DNA from: Candidatus Latescibacterota bacterium | GTDB taxonomy: Bacteria; Latescibacterota; UBA2968 | Reading direction: 5' to 3' | DNA: 64,000 nucleotides | Assembly (NCBI GenBank): GCA_965222605.1 | Contig: OZ244960.1 | Span: 2,272,001-2,336,000, forward strand | In this document: piece by piece, positions 29,140-39,715 of the stretch | How positions within the stretch are numbered: the first letter of the stretch is position 1 | Layout of the letters: each line of letters opens with the position of its first letter | The notes under the pieces: model-generated | The model's input: the letters and a program-made list of their open reading frames with translations, nothing else | Told to the model about the DNA's origin: nothing | Database searches by the model: none | Translations under genes and position numbers: made by a program

Positions 29140-29874
29140 ATGAAACTCACTGATTTCAAAGTCCTGACATTCGATTGCTATGGCACGCTTATCGATTGGG
29201 AATCCGGGATGATAAAAGGGCTTGAGCCGCTTCTATCAAAGGTCGAACGAGAATTGTCGCGCAATGAAATTCTTCAAGCGCACGCGCGACACGAATCAAC
29301 GCAACAAACCTGGACGCCGGGCATGCGCTATTCCAGGATCCTCGCCATCGTATATAAACGCCTCGCTGAAGAATGGGGCGTCGCCGTCACGCCTGATGAG
29401 TGCGCCGCATACGGTCAATCAATAAAACAATGGCCGGCGTTTTCCGATTCCGCCGATGCGCTACAATATCTTAAAAAACACTATAGGCTCGTGATCCTAT
29501 CAAACGTCGATAACGACAGCTTTAAATGCAGCAATGACCGTCTTGGTGTTGAGTTTGACGCAATATATACGGCTGAAGACATTGGATCGTACAAACCTGC
29601 GGATCGAAACTTCAAATACATGCTGGAACACCTGCAGTCGCTCGGCATTGAAAAATCGGAAATTTTACATACCGCAGAAAGCTTATTCCACGATCATGTT
29701 CCGGCAAACAAAAACGGACTTGCCTCCTGCTGGATCTACAGACGCTCCAATGATGAAGGCTTCGGCGCGACGATAGATCCAGGCGAAATGCCAAACTATA
29801 ATTTTCAATTTAATAGCATGGCCGATCTCGTAAAGGCGCACCAGGAGGCTTTTTCTCACGGAGACATACCATGA
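29140..29874 (+). CDS. Haloacid dehalogenase type II (second, distinct subfamily)
   Basis: FDCYGTLIDWE, LSNVD, SYKP, HTAESLFHDH. Confidence 0.9.
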   Translation: MKLTDFKVLTFDCYGTLIDWESGMIKGLEPLLSKVERELSRNEILQAHARHESTQQTWTPGMRYSRILAIVYKRLAEEWGVAVTPDECAAYGQSIKQWPAFSDSADALQYLKKHYRLVILSNVDNDSFKCSNDRLGVEFDAIYTAEDIGSYKPADRNFKYMLEHLQSLGIEKSEILHTAESLFHDHVPANKNGLASCWIYRRSNDEGFGATIDPGEMPNYNFQFNSMADLVKAHQEAFSHGDIP

Positions 29875-31142
29875 TCCAAAGCGGCGTTGTAAGTGGAGAC
29901 ATCACGCCAGAACCTGGCCCTGTGCTTCAGGGGCATTGGAACACCAACCCATCGCATTCCGTACTATATCCCCTGGAAGTGCGGGCGGTTGTATTTGCCG
30001 ACGGAGACATGCGAATAGCCATCGCCACACTCGACGTCATCGGCATAACCAAAGCCACCACCGACCGAATCCGATCGCAGGTAGCAAATATCATTCCGGG
30101 AGACGGCGTAATGGTCGCGTGCAGCCACACGCACTGCGCGCCCGCCACACTGCCGTGTTTGGGCATGACTCCCGATCCCGAATTTATGGATCGCATTGTC
30201 GAAACCACCGCCGCGTGCATAGCCGAAGCAGCCGCAAATCTCCAGCCCGTAACCCTTGGCCTGGGATGCGGATCCGCGCATTTTAACATCAACCGCCGCC
30301 CACTGCCCGGAGCCTCGAGCAGGACCTTGAACTACGGCGGCATTGTAGATCGCCGCGTGCGGGTCTTACAAATAACAGGAGAAAACGGCACACCCCTCGC
30401 CGCATTATTCCACTACTCCTGTCACCCGACCACATTGAGCGGCTCCAACGGCATCATCTCGCCCGATTACCCGGGCATTGCCCGCAGCCGAATAGAACAA
30501 ACCCCCGGTTGCAAAGCACTCTTTTTACCCGGATGCTTTGGCAATATCCGTCCCGCAATATTGAACAAAACCGGGGGATTTGCATCCGCGACCAGAGAAC
30601 AATTGGACGCGTGTGGTCACGAACTCGGCGATGAGGTATGCCGCGTAGCTACAGGACTGAACACCCAACGCGCAGAAGGCATATCTGCCCGCCGCACCGA
30701 CATCGCAATACCATTCGGCGACCTGATGCCCAAAGAAAAATTAAAAAAGATGGCAGCAGACGAAAGCGAACGCGGACAATTATTGACAGGCCCCTGGGCA
30801 AAACAGGTACTGGAAATGGCTGCATCAGACACCATCCCATTCGAAAAACCCACCGAAATGCAACTATTACAGGTAGGACCACTAACGCTGGTCACCATAC
30901 CGGGCGAACCAGTACAGGAAATTGGGCATGCAATAGAAAAAAGGCTGCGGAATATCAGCGCGGACCTGTGGCCCGTGGGCTATGCCAATGACGAGGTGGG
31001 ATATTTGTGTACAGAACGACAATACGAAGAAGGCGGTTACGAACCCAATGCCTATCCGTATTACGGAGAACCCGCGCCATTTCAGGGCGAAGAAAATATC
31101 ATCCTGCAAACAGCAGATGCTTTAGTACGGAGACAAAAATGA
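29871..31142 (+). CDS. Neutral/alkaline ceramidase-like hydrolase
   Basis: DITP, CSHTHCAP, INRR, YSCHPT, IPGE, GYAND...GGYE. Confidence 0.75.
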   Translation: MIQSGVVSGDITPEPGPVLQGHWNTNPSHSVLYPLEVRAVVFADGDMRIAIATLDVIGITKATTDRIRSQVANIIPGDGVMVACSHTHCAPATLPCLGMTPDPEFMDRIVETTAACIAEAAANLQPVTLGLGCGSAHFNINRRPLPGASSRTLNYGGIVDRRVRVLQITGENGTPLAALFHYSCHPTTLSGSNGIISPDYPGIARSRIEQTPGCKALFLPGCFGNIRPAILNKTGGFASATREQLDACGHELGDEVCRVATGLNTQRAEGISARRTDIAIPFGDLMPKEKLKKMAADESERGQLLTGPWAKQVLEMAASDTIPFEKPTEMQLLQVGPLTLVTIPGEPVQEIGHAIEKRLRNISADLWPVGYANDEVGYLCTERQYEEGGYEPNAYPYYGEPAPFQGEENIILQTADALVRRQK

Positions 31143-32404
31143 GACAAATTGATGTACCTTATGGCCGAGGAGCCGTATCTGTCCAAACCGATCCCAAACT
31201 GGCGCACTGGGATGTAATTCGCCCCTCATTTGAACCTGCACTTGAAGACCCCAAACGGCTATTTCACGAAGCCGTGCGCGATCCCATCGGAACAAAACCT
31301 CTCAAAGAAATTGTCACGCCCTCCGACCGCGTGGTAATCGCAACATCCGACGGCACTCGCCCTGTGCCCAACAAACAACTGATCCCCTATCTGCTCGAAG
31401 AATTGCCCGTATCCCCCGATCGCGTAACCGTATTGATCGGCACGGGCACGCACAGGCCAAATACAGAACGCGAAATTATCGAAATGTTTGGCGAAGATCT
31501 GGTTCGCCGCGTTCGCATAGTCAATCACGATGCCTTTAACGAAACGCAAAACGAACAGGTAGGCAAAACTGCGAATGGGACAAAGGTATTTTTGAACCAG
31601 GAATACATCAATGCAGACATACGCATCGCCCTCGGATTTATCGAACCCCACTTCTTTGCGGGTTTTTCAGGCGGACCAAAAGCCGTCGCGCCCGGTGTGG
31701 CGGGTATTGAAACCATTTTCCGACTACATCGCGCCGAACTGATCGCCGACCCAAATAGCACCTGGGGCGTACTTCATGAAAATCCACTACACCGGGAGAT
31801 TCGCGAATGCGTCGCCCTATATCCGCCGGATTTTTTGCTCAACGTGACACTCAATGCGGAAAAGAAAATTTCGGGATATTACGCTGGCGACCTCTCCACA
31901 GCCCATGCAAAGGGATGTGCCGATGTAAAAGCCTCGGCAATGGTACCCGTCGAAACACCCTTCCCGCTGGTCGTAACATCCAATAGCGGCTTTCCCCTGG
32001 ATCAAAATTTGTATCAAACCGTGAAAGGCATCTCAGCCGCAGCGCGTATTGTAAATGACGGCGGAACAATACTGGTCGCGAGCGCGTGCAGCGATGGCGT
32101 CCCCGATCACGGCAATTTTGCGGCATTGATGCGCGAAGGCCACACACCTGCAGATGTAATAGAATCCGTTTATGCACGCGAACCGATCCTCGACCAGTGG
32201 CAGGCGCAAATTCTATCGGGCATTTTAGACCGCGTAAATGTAAAAGTCTATACCGAAATGGACAAAGAAGAAGTCCGGGCCTGCAAACTACAAGTCATTC
32301 CCGACCTCAATAAAGCAATACACGAACACCTGAAGTCTCGGGATACGCACATCGCCCTATTGCCCGATGGCCCACTTGCAATTCCCTACCTGAAGAGCAA
32401 CTGA
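31139..32404 (+). CDS. larA: Nickel-pincer-dependent lactate racemase family (LarA-like)
   Basis: SDGTRPVP, GTGTHR, EPHFFAGFSGGPK, DQNLYQTVKG; ATG 31139 overlaps the upstream stop; substrate not determinable. Confidence 0.85.
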   Translation: MRQIDVPYGRGAVSVQTDPKLAHWDVIRPSFEPALEDPKRLFHEAVRDPIGTKPLKEIVTPSDRVVIATSDGTRPVPNKQLIPYLLEELPVSPDRVTVLIGTGTHRPNTEREIIEMFGEDLVRRVRIVNHDAFNETQNEQVGKTANGTKVFLNQEYINADIRIALGFIEPHFFAGFSGGPKAVAPGVAGIETIFRLHRAELIADPNSTWGVLHENPLHREIRECVALYPPDFLLNVTLNAEKKISGYYAGDLSTAHAKGCADVKASAMVPVETPFPLVVTSNSGFPLDQNLYQTVKGISAAARIVNDGGTILVASACSDGVPDHGNFAALMREGHTPADVIESVYAREPILDQWQAQILSGILDRVNVKVYTEMDKEEVRACKLQVIPDLNKAIHEHLKSRDTHIALLPDGPLAIPYLKSN

Positions 32405-32421
32405 TGGAAAGGACTAAAGCT

Positions 32422-33141
32422 ATGCGTTTATTATTTGTTAGCATTGCAATCCTGATGCTAACCGCAGAAATACAGGCCGGTGAACCGTTTGCCCTCGTCG
32501 AGTTGTTTACCTCACAGGGCTGATCGAGTTGTCCCCCGGCCGACAGGTTGCTCGGCGAGATCGCAGATTCGGAACGGCGCGTATTCGCGCTTTCTTTTCA
32601 TGTGGATTATTGGAATCGACTCGGTTGGAAAGACCCATTTAGCCAGGCTATTTTTTCCGATCGACAGAGACGCTATGCAAGGGTATTAGACGATCACCGC
32701 GTATATACGCCACAGATCATTGTGAATGGTACAGATGGATTTGTAGGATCCCATCGCGGGCGTGCAGAAGAGGGGATTCGAGAAGCACTAACACGAGAAG
32801 CGCGATTCACGATAGAAATAAAAGCACGCATCGACACAAATGCTGTTTTTGTAGATTACGCACTCAATGAGGTACCCAAACAAAGCGTAATCAACATCGC
32901 ACTGGTCGAACGCGATCTGAGCGTTGAAGTCTCGAGGGGGGAAAATGCCGGGCGCCTACTGCAACATCACAACGTGGTGCGAACCTTCATGCATATATCG
33001 CCTGAAAAAAAAGGAAGGATACAAATTGCGGTTCCCAAAGGGGTAAATTTGACGCGGACATCCATTATCGGATATGTACAAAATCGAACAACAATGAAAA
33101 TTTTGGGCGCGGCAGCGTGGGAGCTGAAGGCTGGCGGTTAA
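32422..33141 (+). CDS. DUF1223 thioredoxin-like secreted protein, candidate selenoprotein (UxxC; Sec at TGA 32521-32523)
   Basis: Signal peptide, then VELFTSQG-TGA-SSCPPAD...FHVDYWNRLGWKDPFS...VYTPQ; family consensus is ELFTSQGCSSCPPAD. Confidence 0.85.
32539..32556 (+). promoter_or_regulatory. Putative bacterial SECIS hairpin
   Basis: GCCGA-CAGGTTGC-TCGGC stem-loop starting 15 nt after the in-frame TGA, with G-containing apical part. Confidence 0.5.
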
Positions 33142-33174
33142 ATTCAACACAAGGTCGCACGCCAACTCCTCTCA

Positions 33175-34755
33175 TCAAACAGGACCAGCCTCTATAATCT
33201 CATCGCTGACCCCATCTTCAAACTGCACAAAATTTTCCTTAAATAACCGCGCCAGATGCGTGGACCTCGCATCGTATTCAGACGGATTAGACCACGTCGC
33301 ACGCGGAGACAAAATACTGCCCGTGACATCTGGACAGGTCTTGGGGACCTCAAAACCAAAGCGCGGATCTGTTTCGCATGCGACATCTGTCAAAGCACCA
33401 TTGTGTATCGCCCGAATAATTGAGCGGGTATTGGTCAGTGTAATGCGCTTGCCAACGCCGTAGCCACCACCCGACCAGCCCGTGTTGACCAGCCACACAT
33501 CCGAATTGTGTTGCTGGATTTTTTGTGCGAGTTGCTCAGCGTATTTCCCCGGATGCCACACGAGAAAAGGCGCGCCAAAACAAGCCGAAAAAGAAGCCTG
33601 TGGTTCGGTAACACCCATTTCTGTACCCGCGACCTTGGCCGTATAACCGCTGATAAAATGGTACATCGCCTGAGCAGGCGTGAGCTTGCTCACCGGAGGC
33701 AAAACCCCAAACGCATCACAGGTCAAAAAGATGACATTTTTCGGATGACTACCCACACATGGAATCTGTGCATTGGGAATATACTCGATAGGATAAGCCG
33801 CGCGCGTATTTTCCGTAACAGAATCGTCATCGTAATTAACCACGCGCGTATTCTCGTCAAAAACGACATTTTCGAGCACCGTTCCAAAACGGATCGCATT
33901 GTAAATTTCAGGCTCGCGCGCTTGCGAAAGGCCAATGCACTTGGCGTAACAACCGCCCTCAAAATTGAAAATGCCGCGATCGCTCCACCCGTGCTCATCA
34001 TCGCCAATAAGCCGCCGCCTCGGATCCGCAGAAAGCGTCGTTTTCCCGGTACCAGAAAGACCAAAAAAGAGCGCCGTATCACCCGCTGCACCCACATTGG
34101 CCGAACAGTGCATCGAAAAAATATCCTGCTTGGGCAAAATATAGTTCAGAACCGTAAAAACACCTTTTTTCATCTCCCCCGCATATTCCGTCCCCAAAAT
34201 AACCATCTCCCGCATTTCAAAACTCACATCCACACTCGTCGTCGAGGTCATCTCAGCCGTATATCGGTTCGCGGGAAACCTGCCTGCATTAAAAATGACA
34301 TAATCCGGTTGACCAAAATTTTCAAGCTCTGTACGCGAGGGACGCATAAGCATATTGTGCATAAACAAAGCATGATAAGCCCGAGCGCAAATAACGCGCA
34401 CCTTAATGCGATATTTGGGATCCCAACCCGCATAACCGTCAACCACATAGATGCGATCACAAACATTGAGATAATCGATAGCCCGCTCTCTATTGACGAG
34501 AAACGTGCGCTCGTCGAGTTTGATATTGACCTCACCCCACCAGATATTATCCGCACTATCGGGATGATTCACAATGCGTTTGTCCTCTGGACTGCGCCCG
34601 GTCTTTTCTCCCGAACGCACAATAAGTGCCCCTGTACTGGTAATAGTTGATCCGGTTTCATGGGTCAGCGCCTCTTCGTAAAGCACCGCTGGCGAAGCAT
34701 TGCGCAAAATAAACGGCCTGGTAATATTGTAGCGTTCCAGATTTATTCCGGTCAT
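33175..34755 (-). CDS. pckA: Phosphoenolpyruvate carboxykinase (ATP)
   Basis: [47 protein letters not shown]. Confidence 0.97.
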   Translation of the reverse strand: MTGINLERYNITRPFILRNASPAVLYEEALTHETGSTITSTGALIVRSGEKTGRSPEDKRIVNHPDSADNIWWGEVNIKLDERTFLVNRERAIDYLNVCDRIYVVDGYAGWDPKYRIKVRVICARAYHALFMHNMLMRPSRTELENFGQPDYVIFNAGRFPANRYTAEMTSTTSVDVSFEMREMVILGTEYAGEMKKGVFTVLNYILPKQDIFSMHCSANVGAAGDTALFFGLSGTGKTTLSADPRRRLIGDDEHGWSDRGIFNFEGGCYAKCIGLSQAREPEIYNAIRFGTVLENVVFDENTRVVNYDDDSVTENTRAAYPIEYIPNAQIPCVGSHPKNVIFLTCDAFGVLPPVSKLTPAQAMYHFISGYTAKVAGTEMGVTEPQASFSACFGAPFLVWHPGKYAEQLAQKIQQHNSDVWLVNTGWSGGGYGVGKRITLTNTRSIIRAIHNGALTDVACETDPRFGFEVPKTCPDVTGSILSPRATWSNPSEYDARSTHLARLFKENFVQFEDGVSDEIIEAGPV

Positions 34756-34810
34756 AAATTAACTCCTCTCAATTGTCAGCAGTCAGCCCAACCAGCCCCC
34801 AGCCCCTCAC

Positions 34811-34839
34811 AATATATCACACAAAACACGCCAAACCAA
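34811..34839 (-). promoter_or_regulatory. Possible sigma70-type promoter for pckA
   Basis: Minus strand TTGGTT-17 nt-TATATT with TG extension. Confidence 0.35.
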
Positions 34840-34843
34840 ATTT

Positions 34844-34866
34844 TACTCCACGCACAAAAATTCCTT
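34844..34866. repeat. Direct repeat, short copy C
   Basis: TACTCCACGCACAAAAATTCCTT, identical to 48508-48530. Confidence 0.9.
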
Positions 34867-35039
34867 ATGACAGGCGCATTATTCTGAGCGGTTGGCTTAA
34901 ACTCTCTGGCCAGTTCAGCCGGACTGCGGGCTTAAGCATTTACATCTTTTTGTCCAAAGACCAATCAGTATCGCTCGCTGATTGGTCTTAATTTTTGCGT
35001 ATAATAATCTTTATACGCCAAAATGCCATTGCAAACCCC

Positions 35040-35457
35040 TGTTTTATTGATGAATACGACAAACCGATTCTGGACGTGCTGGATGAGCCTGAAGTCGCTC
35101 GTGCCAACCGCGATTTTCTGCGCGGTCTGTATTCGACGATCAAGTCCAGTGATGCCCATATCAAATTCACATTCCTCACTGGCGTCAGCAAATTTCGCGA
35201 GCCTGGGTCTCAATATCACGGTAGAGGACAGCAGCAGTCATGGGCGTGTGGATATGACCGTTCACTTCAACGATAACATCTACCTGTTCGAGTTCAAGGT
35301 GGTGGAACTGGCGTCTGAGAGAGCTGCGATGGCGCAGTTGCAGGCAAAGGGATATGCGGACAAATACCGGGGTCTGGATCAGCCAATTCACCTGATCGGG
35401 GTAGAGTTCAGCAAAGATACCCGCAATATAACGGCCTTTGAGGTGGCAGGTGCGTGA
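35040..35457 (+). pseudogene. Internally deleted AAA-ATPase / PD-(D/E)XK nuclease (DUF1703-like) remnant
   Basis: One frame gives FIDEYDKPIL...FLTGVSKF (Walker B region); from about 35195 another frame gives FASLG...GRVDM...FEFK...QLQAKGYADKY (PD-(D/E)XK C-terminus); N-terminus and middle missing. Confidence 0.85.
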
Positions 35458-35490
35458 GAGGTGAGAAATGCGAGCAGCCATCAGCTTTCA

Positions 35491-35542
35491 GTCCCCCGCC
35501 CCGATTCCATATCCTGATTCTATTCCAAGCACAAAAATTTCT
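35491..35542. repeat. Direct repeat, copy A (left of the surface-protein island)
   Basis: 52 bp, 5 mismatches to 48478-48529. Confidence 0.92.
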
Positions 35543-35853
35543 CACTTGACTTTTTTTTGTTTATTGTTATCTAAAATGCAAGCGATTGTTTAACCGAACT
35601 TTATCAGGAGTGAGACGATGAGGCAGATTTGTTCCACGACCTGCTATGAACGTTAGTCCTTTATTAACAAACGATTGTCGCCTCTTTCTGTGCCTGTATG
35701 CAAACGTTCGCTAAACCTCTTTAGAAGGAAATTTATCGTGAAGAACTTAGCTCATATCGCTTCAACTATCACCGCGGCCGTCTGCGAAGGTATCCTCTCC
35801 GTTCCCACTTGCGAGTTGGTCAAAACCGCCAATCGGAAAGGAAGAAGGACATT

Positions 35854-38800
35854 ATGTCCAGATTTTTCGTTGTACCAATCCTGCTCACGTTTGTCGTTTT
35901 GACGAACGCGGAAGCGCAGCAGACGCCCGTCCTTCTGGTGTCCAACATCGACAAAACCCAGAAGACCGGTCCCGGCTCCCGCCTTGTCGCAGGCGAATCA
36001 ATGGCCGCAATCGGTTTTGGTACCGGCGACGACAATGGCGGCTACGCGCTTACCGGGCTCGATGTCAAATTCCATCAAGACCAGGGGACCGGGGACGAAG
36101 TCCAGCTCGAGCTCTGGTCCTCCGGTTTTCCGGAGAGCAACGGTAATCGACCCTACGCAAAGCTGCTGGTCTTTGACAATCCGGACCGCATCTCCGAAGG
36201 CAACAACACGTTCACACTGCCACAGCCCTTTTATCTAAACGATGGTTGGACTTATTTCATCGTCGGCAGAGCACCCAAATACAAACCCGGCGCCGAGAGC
36301 ACGCAGTGGTGGTTTGCCACCACGGACTCGGACGGACAGGACCGCGTCGATCGCGATTGGTGGATCGGAGACAACACCTTCCGATACGCCGGTTCAGGGG
36401 CCTGGCCGAACCGCGTTACCACGCTCAGCAGAGTCCCGATGATCGCGATCAAGGGCTACGCGCTCGACCGTCTGACCTATAACACCGACGGGAGGATCAA
36501 TGGATACCACGTCGTGGGAGGTAATTCCAGCGGCAACTGGTTGGCGCAGGTTTTCACTACGGGACACGACAACGAAGGCTACGACCTGCACAGCATCGCA
36601 TTGGCGTTCGAAAAAGATTCGGGTCGAGGTATTCCCACTGATGGCGATCGCTTAATCGTGTCTCTATACACGGCTAAAGTGGTCGGCTCTGAACGGCATC
36701 CGGACCGAAAGCTGTTTGACTTTGTGAGTCCCCCCGTGTTCAGAGAAGGCATAGACAACGAGTTCGTCGCGCCGGAAGGATCGACGCTCAATCGGGACAC
36801 GCAATACGTGTTCGTCTTTCGCCGGAGGACTGGCGCGTGGGTATATATCCGGCGAACCAACGACAACGACCAGGAGGGCCAGGACGAATGGTGGATCAGA
36901 AACGAGGTGTACAAATCCACTGACGGCACGACGTGGAACTCGGATACCCGGGTCCCGAAGATGAGGATCTACGGCAAGAGGCGCACGGAACCGATAACAG
37001 AACCAATAACGGAACCGATACCCGAGCGGGTTCTCAATATCGGCGCGGACCGGACGGAGCGCGAGGGGAGCAATTTCGACATCGCGGTGACGTTGTCGGA
37101 AACAAGCGCGCAGGCAGTGTCCGTCTCTTTCCGGGGCACGGGAGGAACCGCCACCGGGAGCGACTATGGTCATGATGGACCGGCGATGGTAACGATCGAG
37201 GCCGGGCAGACGACGGCACAGATCAACTTCGACATCACCGACGACGATGCACCGGAGGGTGAGGAGTTCTTCTTTCTGGAGCTCCACAGTCCGACCAATG
37301 CAGTCATCGGGCGCGCCCAGGCACGGATCACCATACCGGCGAACGACAAACCGGCAGACGACAAACCGACGGACGCCACCAACCCCACACCCGGAACGCC
37401 GCAGGACAACGCAGGCCCAACCTTGCCCGTCTGCAACCGCACCTCGCAGGTGCGCGACGCGATTCTCGCCAGGCTGCCCGGGATCAATGACTGCGCTGCG
37501 GTCACCGCCTATAACCTCCGGAGCATCGATGGCGAGATGGATCTCCACAACAGGGGCATCACTTCCCTCAAGACCGGGGACTTCTCCGGAATGAACCGGC
37601 TGGAATTCCTGAAACTGTCCGGAAACAGACTGAACACCCTCCCGGCCGGCGTCTTCGACGGCCTTTCCGCGGTGCGCGAGTTGTCCCTGCAAACCAACGA
37701 CCTGCGCTCACTGCCGGACGGCGCCTTCAGAGGCCTCACCGGCCCGCTGTGGATCATGCTGACCGGGAACGAATTCACCGCGTTTCCATCGGAAGCACTG
37801 GACGACCTCGGCCCCAACCTCACGGGCCTGTACATGGGGTTCAACGACCTGCGCTCACTACCCGACGACGCCTTCGAAGATTTCAAGCGGCTGAGGGCCA
37901 TCAACCTGGAGAACAACGACCTTATCTCGCTGCCCAACGGCATCTTCGACGACGTCACCACCCTGGAATACCTGTACCTCGGCAGCAACGACCTGACCGC
38001 CCTGCCCAACGGCGTCTTCGACGACCTCCGCCGTCTCCTGAAGTTGTATCTCACGCACAACGACCTGACCGCCCTGCCCAACGGCGTCTTCGACCATCTC
38101 GCCAGTCTCGATGACCTGGACCTGGGCGACAACGACCTGACCGCCCTGCCCAACGGCATCTTCGACGGCCTGAAAGACCTGAAGAGGTTGAACCTGAAAG
38201 GCAACGACCTGGCCGCCCTGCCCGGCGGTGTGTTCGAGGGCCTCTCGAAACTGACCCGGATGTACCTGGACGGCTTCACCCTGATACCCCGGCTGCTGCT
38301 GGCGGGCGGGGGCGTCGCGGTGAGGGTCGCGGAAGGCGTGCCCTTCCCGGTGAACGTGACGCTGTCGGCGAGGAACGCCGATCTGGCAACCACTGCGGCC
38401 GCCATCCCGGCTGGCACCACGACCAGCGAGGCAATCGCCGTTACGCTGCGCGGCGGGAGGTCGGCGCGGGCAACGATCACCGTGGCGTCAGCCGCGTTCC
38501 AAACCGACCCGGACAACTACGAGGGCCTCGACATCCGCACCGGCGCTGGCCTGATCCTCACGCGGGGATCAGGGGGACTGCAAGGGGCGGCGGTTCCGGC
38601 ACCCCCGCCGGACCCCGACGAGGAGACGACTCGGGCGACCATCCGATCGATCGCCTTCACCAGCGACCCGGGGAGGGACAACATCTACGTCTCTGGCAAC
38701 CTGGTCGAGGTGACGGTGACCTTCAGCGAGGAGGTGCGCGTGACCGGAAGGCCGCAACTGGAGCTGGACTTCGACGGCGTGGCCAAAACGGCGACGTACC

Positions 38801-39714
38801 GCGGCGGAACGGCCACAACGGCGATCTTCAGCTACAGGGTGAGAGAGGCCGACACGGACGCCGACGGCATTGCTATCGGCGCGAACAAGCTGACCCTGGA
38901 CCGCGCGAGCATCTGGGACACGGGCGTGCCCGGGAACAGAGCCGACATCACCCACGACGCGGTGCCCGCCGACCCCGGCCACAAGGTGAACCCTCCGGAC
39001 GTGACGGCGCCGGTCTTCGTCAGCGCCGCGACCTCCACGGACGGCACCCGGGTCGTCCTCACCTTCAGCGAAAGGATCACCGTACCGGCGCTGCTGCACT
39101 CGATCGTCAGGCTCGTCGACGTGGGCCTGGCCCGGTTCTTCATAGCGGTGGTCGGCGTGACCGTGGACGGCGACGAGGTGATCCCCTTCACCGCCGGCAT
39201 TTCCTGGAAAAACCTCATCTTCACCTTGCGTGAGCCGGTGACCCGGGGGCAGGAAGTCGCCGTGGCCTACGACAACATCTTCGCCCGCGACGCCGTCGGC
39301 ATCTTCATCGACGAAGCGGGCAACGCTCTGCAGAACTTCCCCTCCCAGGCGGTCGCCAACCGGTCCACGGTGGCCGACTCCGGGGAGGAGGACACCACCC
39401 CGGATCTGACGCTGAGTCCGAAGGAACTTCCGGTCACCGAGGGGGAGAACGCCACCTACACCGTGGCCCTGGGGAGCCAGCCCACGGCGAGCGTGAGCGT
39501 TGCGATCGCGAGCTCTTCGAGCAAGCTGTCGGCGAGTCCGGCACGTCTCGCGTTCACCACGGAAAACTGGAACGACGCCCAGACGGTCACGCTTACCGCG
39601 CGCCAGGACGACGACGACCTGAACTACTGGGTGAGCGTTAGTCATACGGCCAACGGAGGGGGCTACGACTCGACCGCGGCGAATGTGTACGTGGTCATTC
39701 AGGATGACGACTGA
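35854..39714 (+). CDS. Large modular secreted/surface protein: two related beta domains, Calx-beta-like, about 10 LRRs, SwmB-like and Ig-like domains
   Basis: Signal peptide MSRFFVVPILL; (TEPI)x3 linker; TDDDAPEGEEFF Calx-beta motif; VCNRTSQVRDAI...C cap followed by LxxLxLxxNxLxxLPxGVFDxL repeats. Confidence 0.85.
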   Translation: MSRFFVVPILLTFVVLTNAEAQQTPVLLVSNIDKTQKTGPGSRLVAGESMAAIGFGTGDDNGGYALTGLDVKFHQDQGTGDEVQLELWSSGFPESNGNRPYAKLLVFDNPDRISEGNNTFTLPQPFYLNDGWTYFIVGRAPKYKPGAESTQWWFATTDSDGQDRVDRDWWIGDNTFRYAGSGAWPNRVTTLSRVPMIAIKGYALDRLTYNTDGRINGYHVVGGNSSGNWLAQVFTTGHDNEGYDLHSIALAFEKDSGRGIPTDGDRLIVSLYTAKVVGSERHPDRKLFDFVSPPVFREGIDNEFVAPEGSTLNRDTQYVFVFRRRTGAWVYIRRTNDNDQEGQDEWWIRNEVYKSTDGTTWNSDTRVPKMRIYGKRRTEPITEPITEPIPERVLNIGADRTEREGSNFDIAVTLSETSAQAVSVSFRGTGGTATGSDYGHDGPAMVTIEAGQTTAQINFDITDDDAPEGEEFFFLELHSPTNAVIGRAQARITIPANDKPADDKPTDATNPTPGTPQDNAGPTLPVCNRTSQVRDAILARLPGINDCAAVTAYNLRSIDGEMDLHNRGITSLKTGDFSGMNRLEFLKLSGNRLNTLPAGVFDGLSAVRELSLQTNDLRSLPDGAFRGLTGPLWIMLTGNEFTAFPSEALDDLGPNLTGLYMGFNDLRSLPDDAFEDFKRLRAINLENNDLISLPNGIFDDVTTLEYLYLGSNDLTALPNGVFDDLRRLLKLYLTHNDLTALPNGVFDHLASLDDLDLGDNDLTALPNGIFDGLKDLKRLNLKGNDLAALPGGVFEGLSKLTRMYLDGFTLIPRLLLAGGGVAVRVAEGVPFPVNVTLSARNADLATTAAAIPAGTTTSEAIAVTLRGGRSARATITVASAAFQTDPDNYEGLDIRTGAGLILTRGSGGLQGAAVPAPPPDPDEETTRATIRSIAFTSDPGRDNIYVSGNLVEVTVTFSEEVRVTGRPQLELDFDGVAKTATYRGGTATTAIFSYRVREADTDADGIAIGANKLTLDRASIWDTGVPGNRADITHDAVPADPGHKVNPPDVTAPVFVSAATSTDGTRVVLTFSERITVPALLHSIVRLVDVGLARFFIAVVGVTVDGDEVIPFTAGISWKNLIFTLREPVTRGQEVAVAYDNIFARDAVGIFIDEAGNALQNFPSQAVANRSTVADSGEEDTTPDLTLSPKELPVTEGENATYTVALGSQPTASVSVAIASSSSKLSASPARLAFTTENWNDAQTVTLTARQDDDDLNYWVSVSHTANGGGYDSTAANVYVVIQDDD
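37986..38166 (+). repeat. 72-bp-period LRR coding repeats with near-identical 37-bp cores
   Basis: CAACGACCTGACCGCCCTGCCCAACGGCGTCTTCGAC at 37986 and 38058 (identical) and 38130 (1 mismatch). Confidence 0.9.
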
Positions 39715-39715
39715 A

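Noticed and set aside
35618-35902. Small upstream ORFs (MRQICSTTCYER at 35618-35656 and a GTG-start ORF overlapping the LRR gene start)
   Set aside because: RBS-like sequences are present but there is no homology or attenuator structure; insufficient evidence
37986-38166. 37-bp repeats with about 35-bp variable spacers resembling a CRISPR array
   Set aside because: Exactly 72-bp period, in frame within an LRR coding sequence; no cas genes or leader
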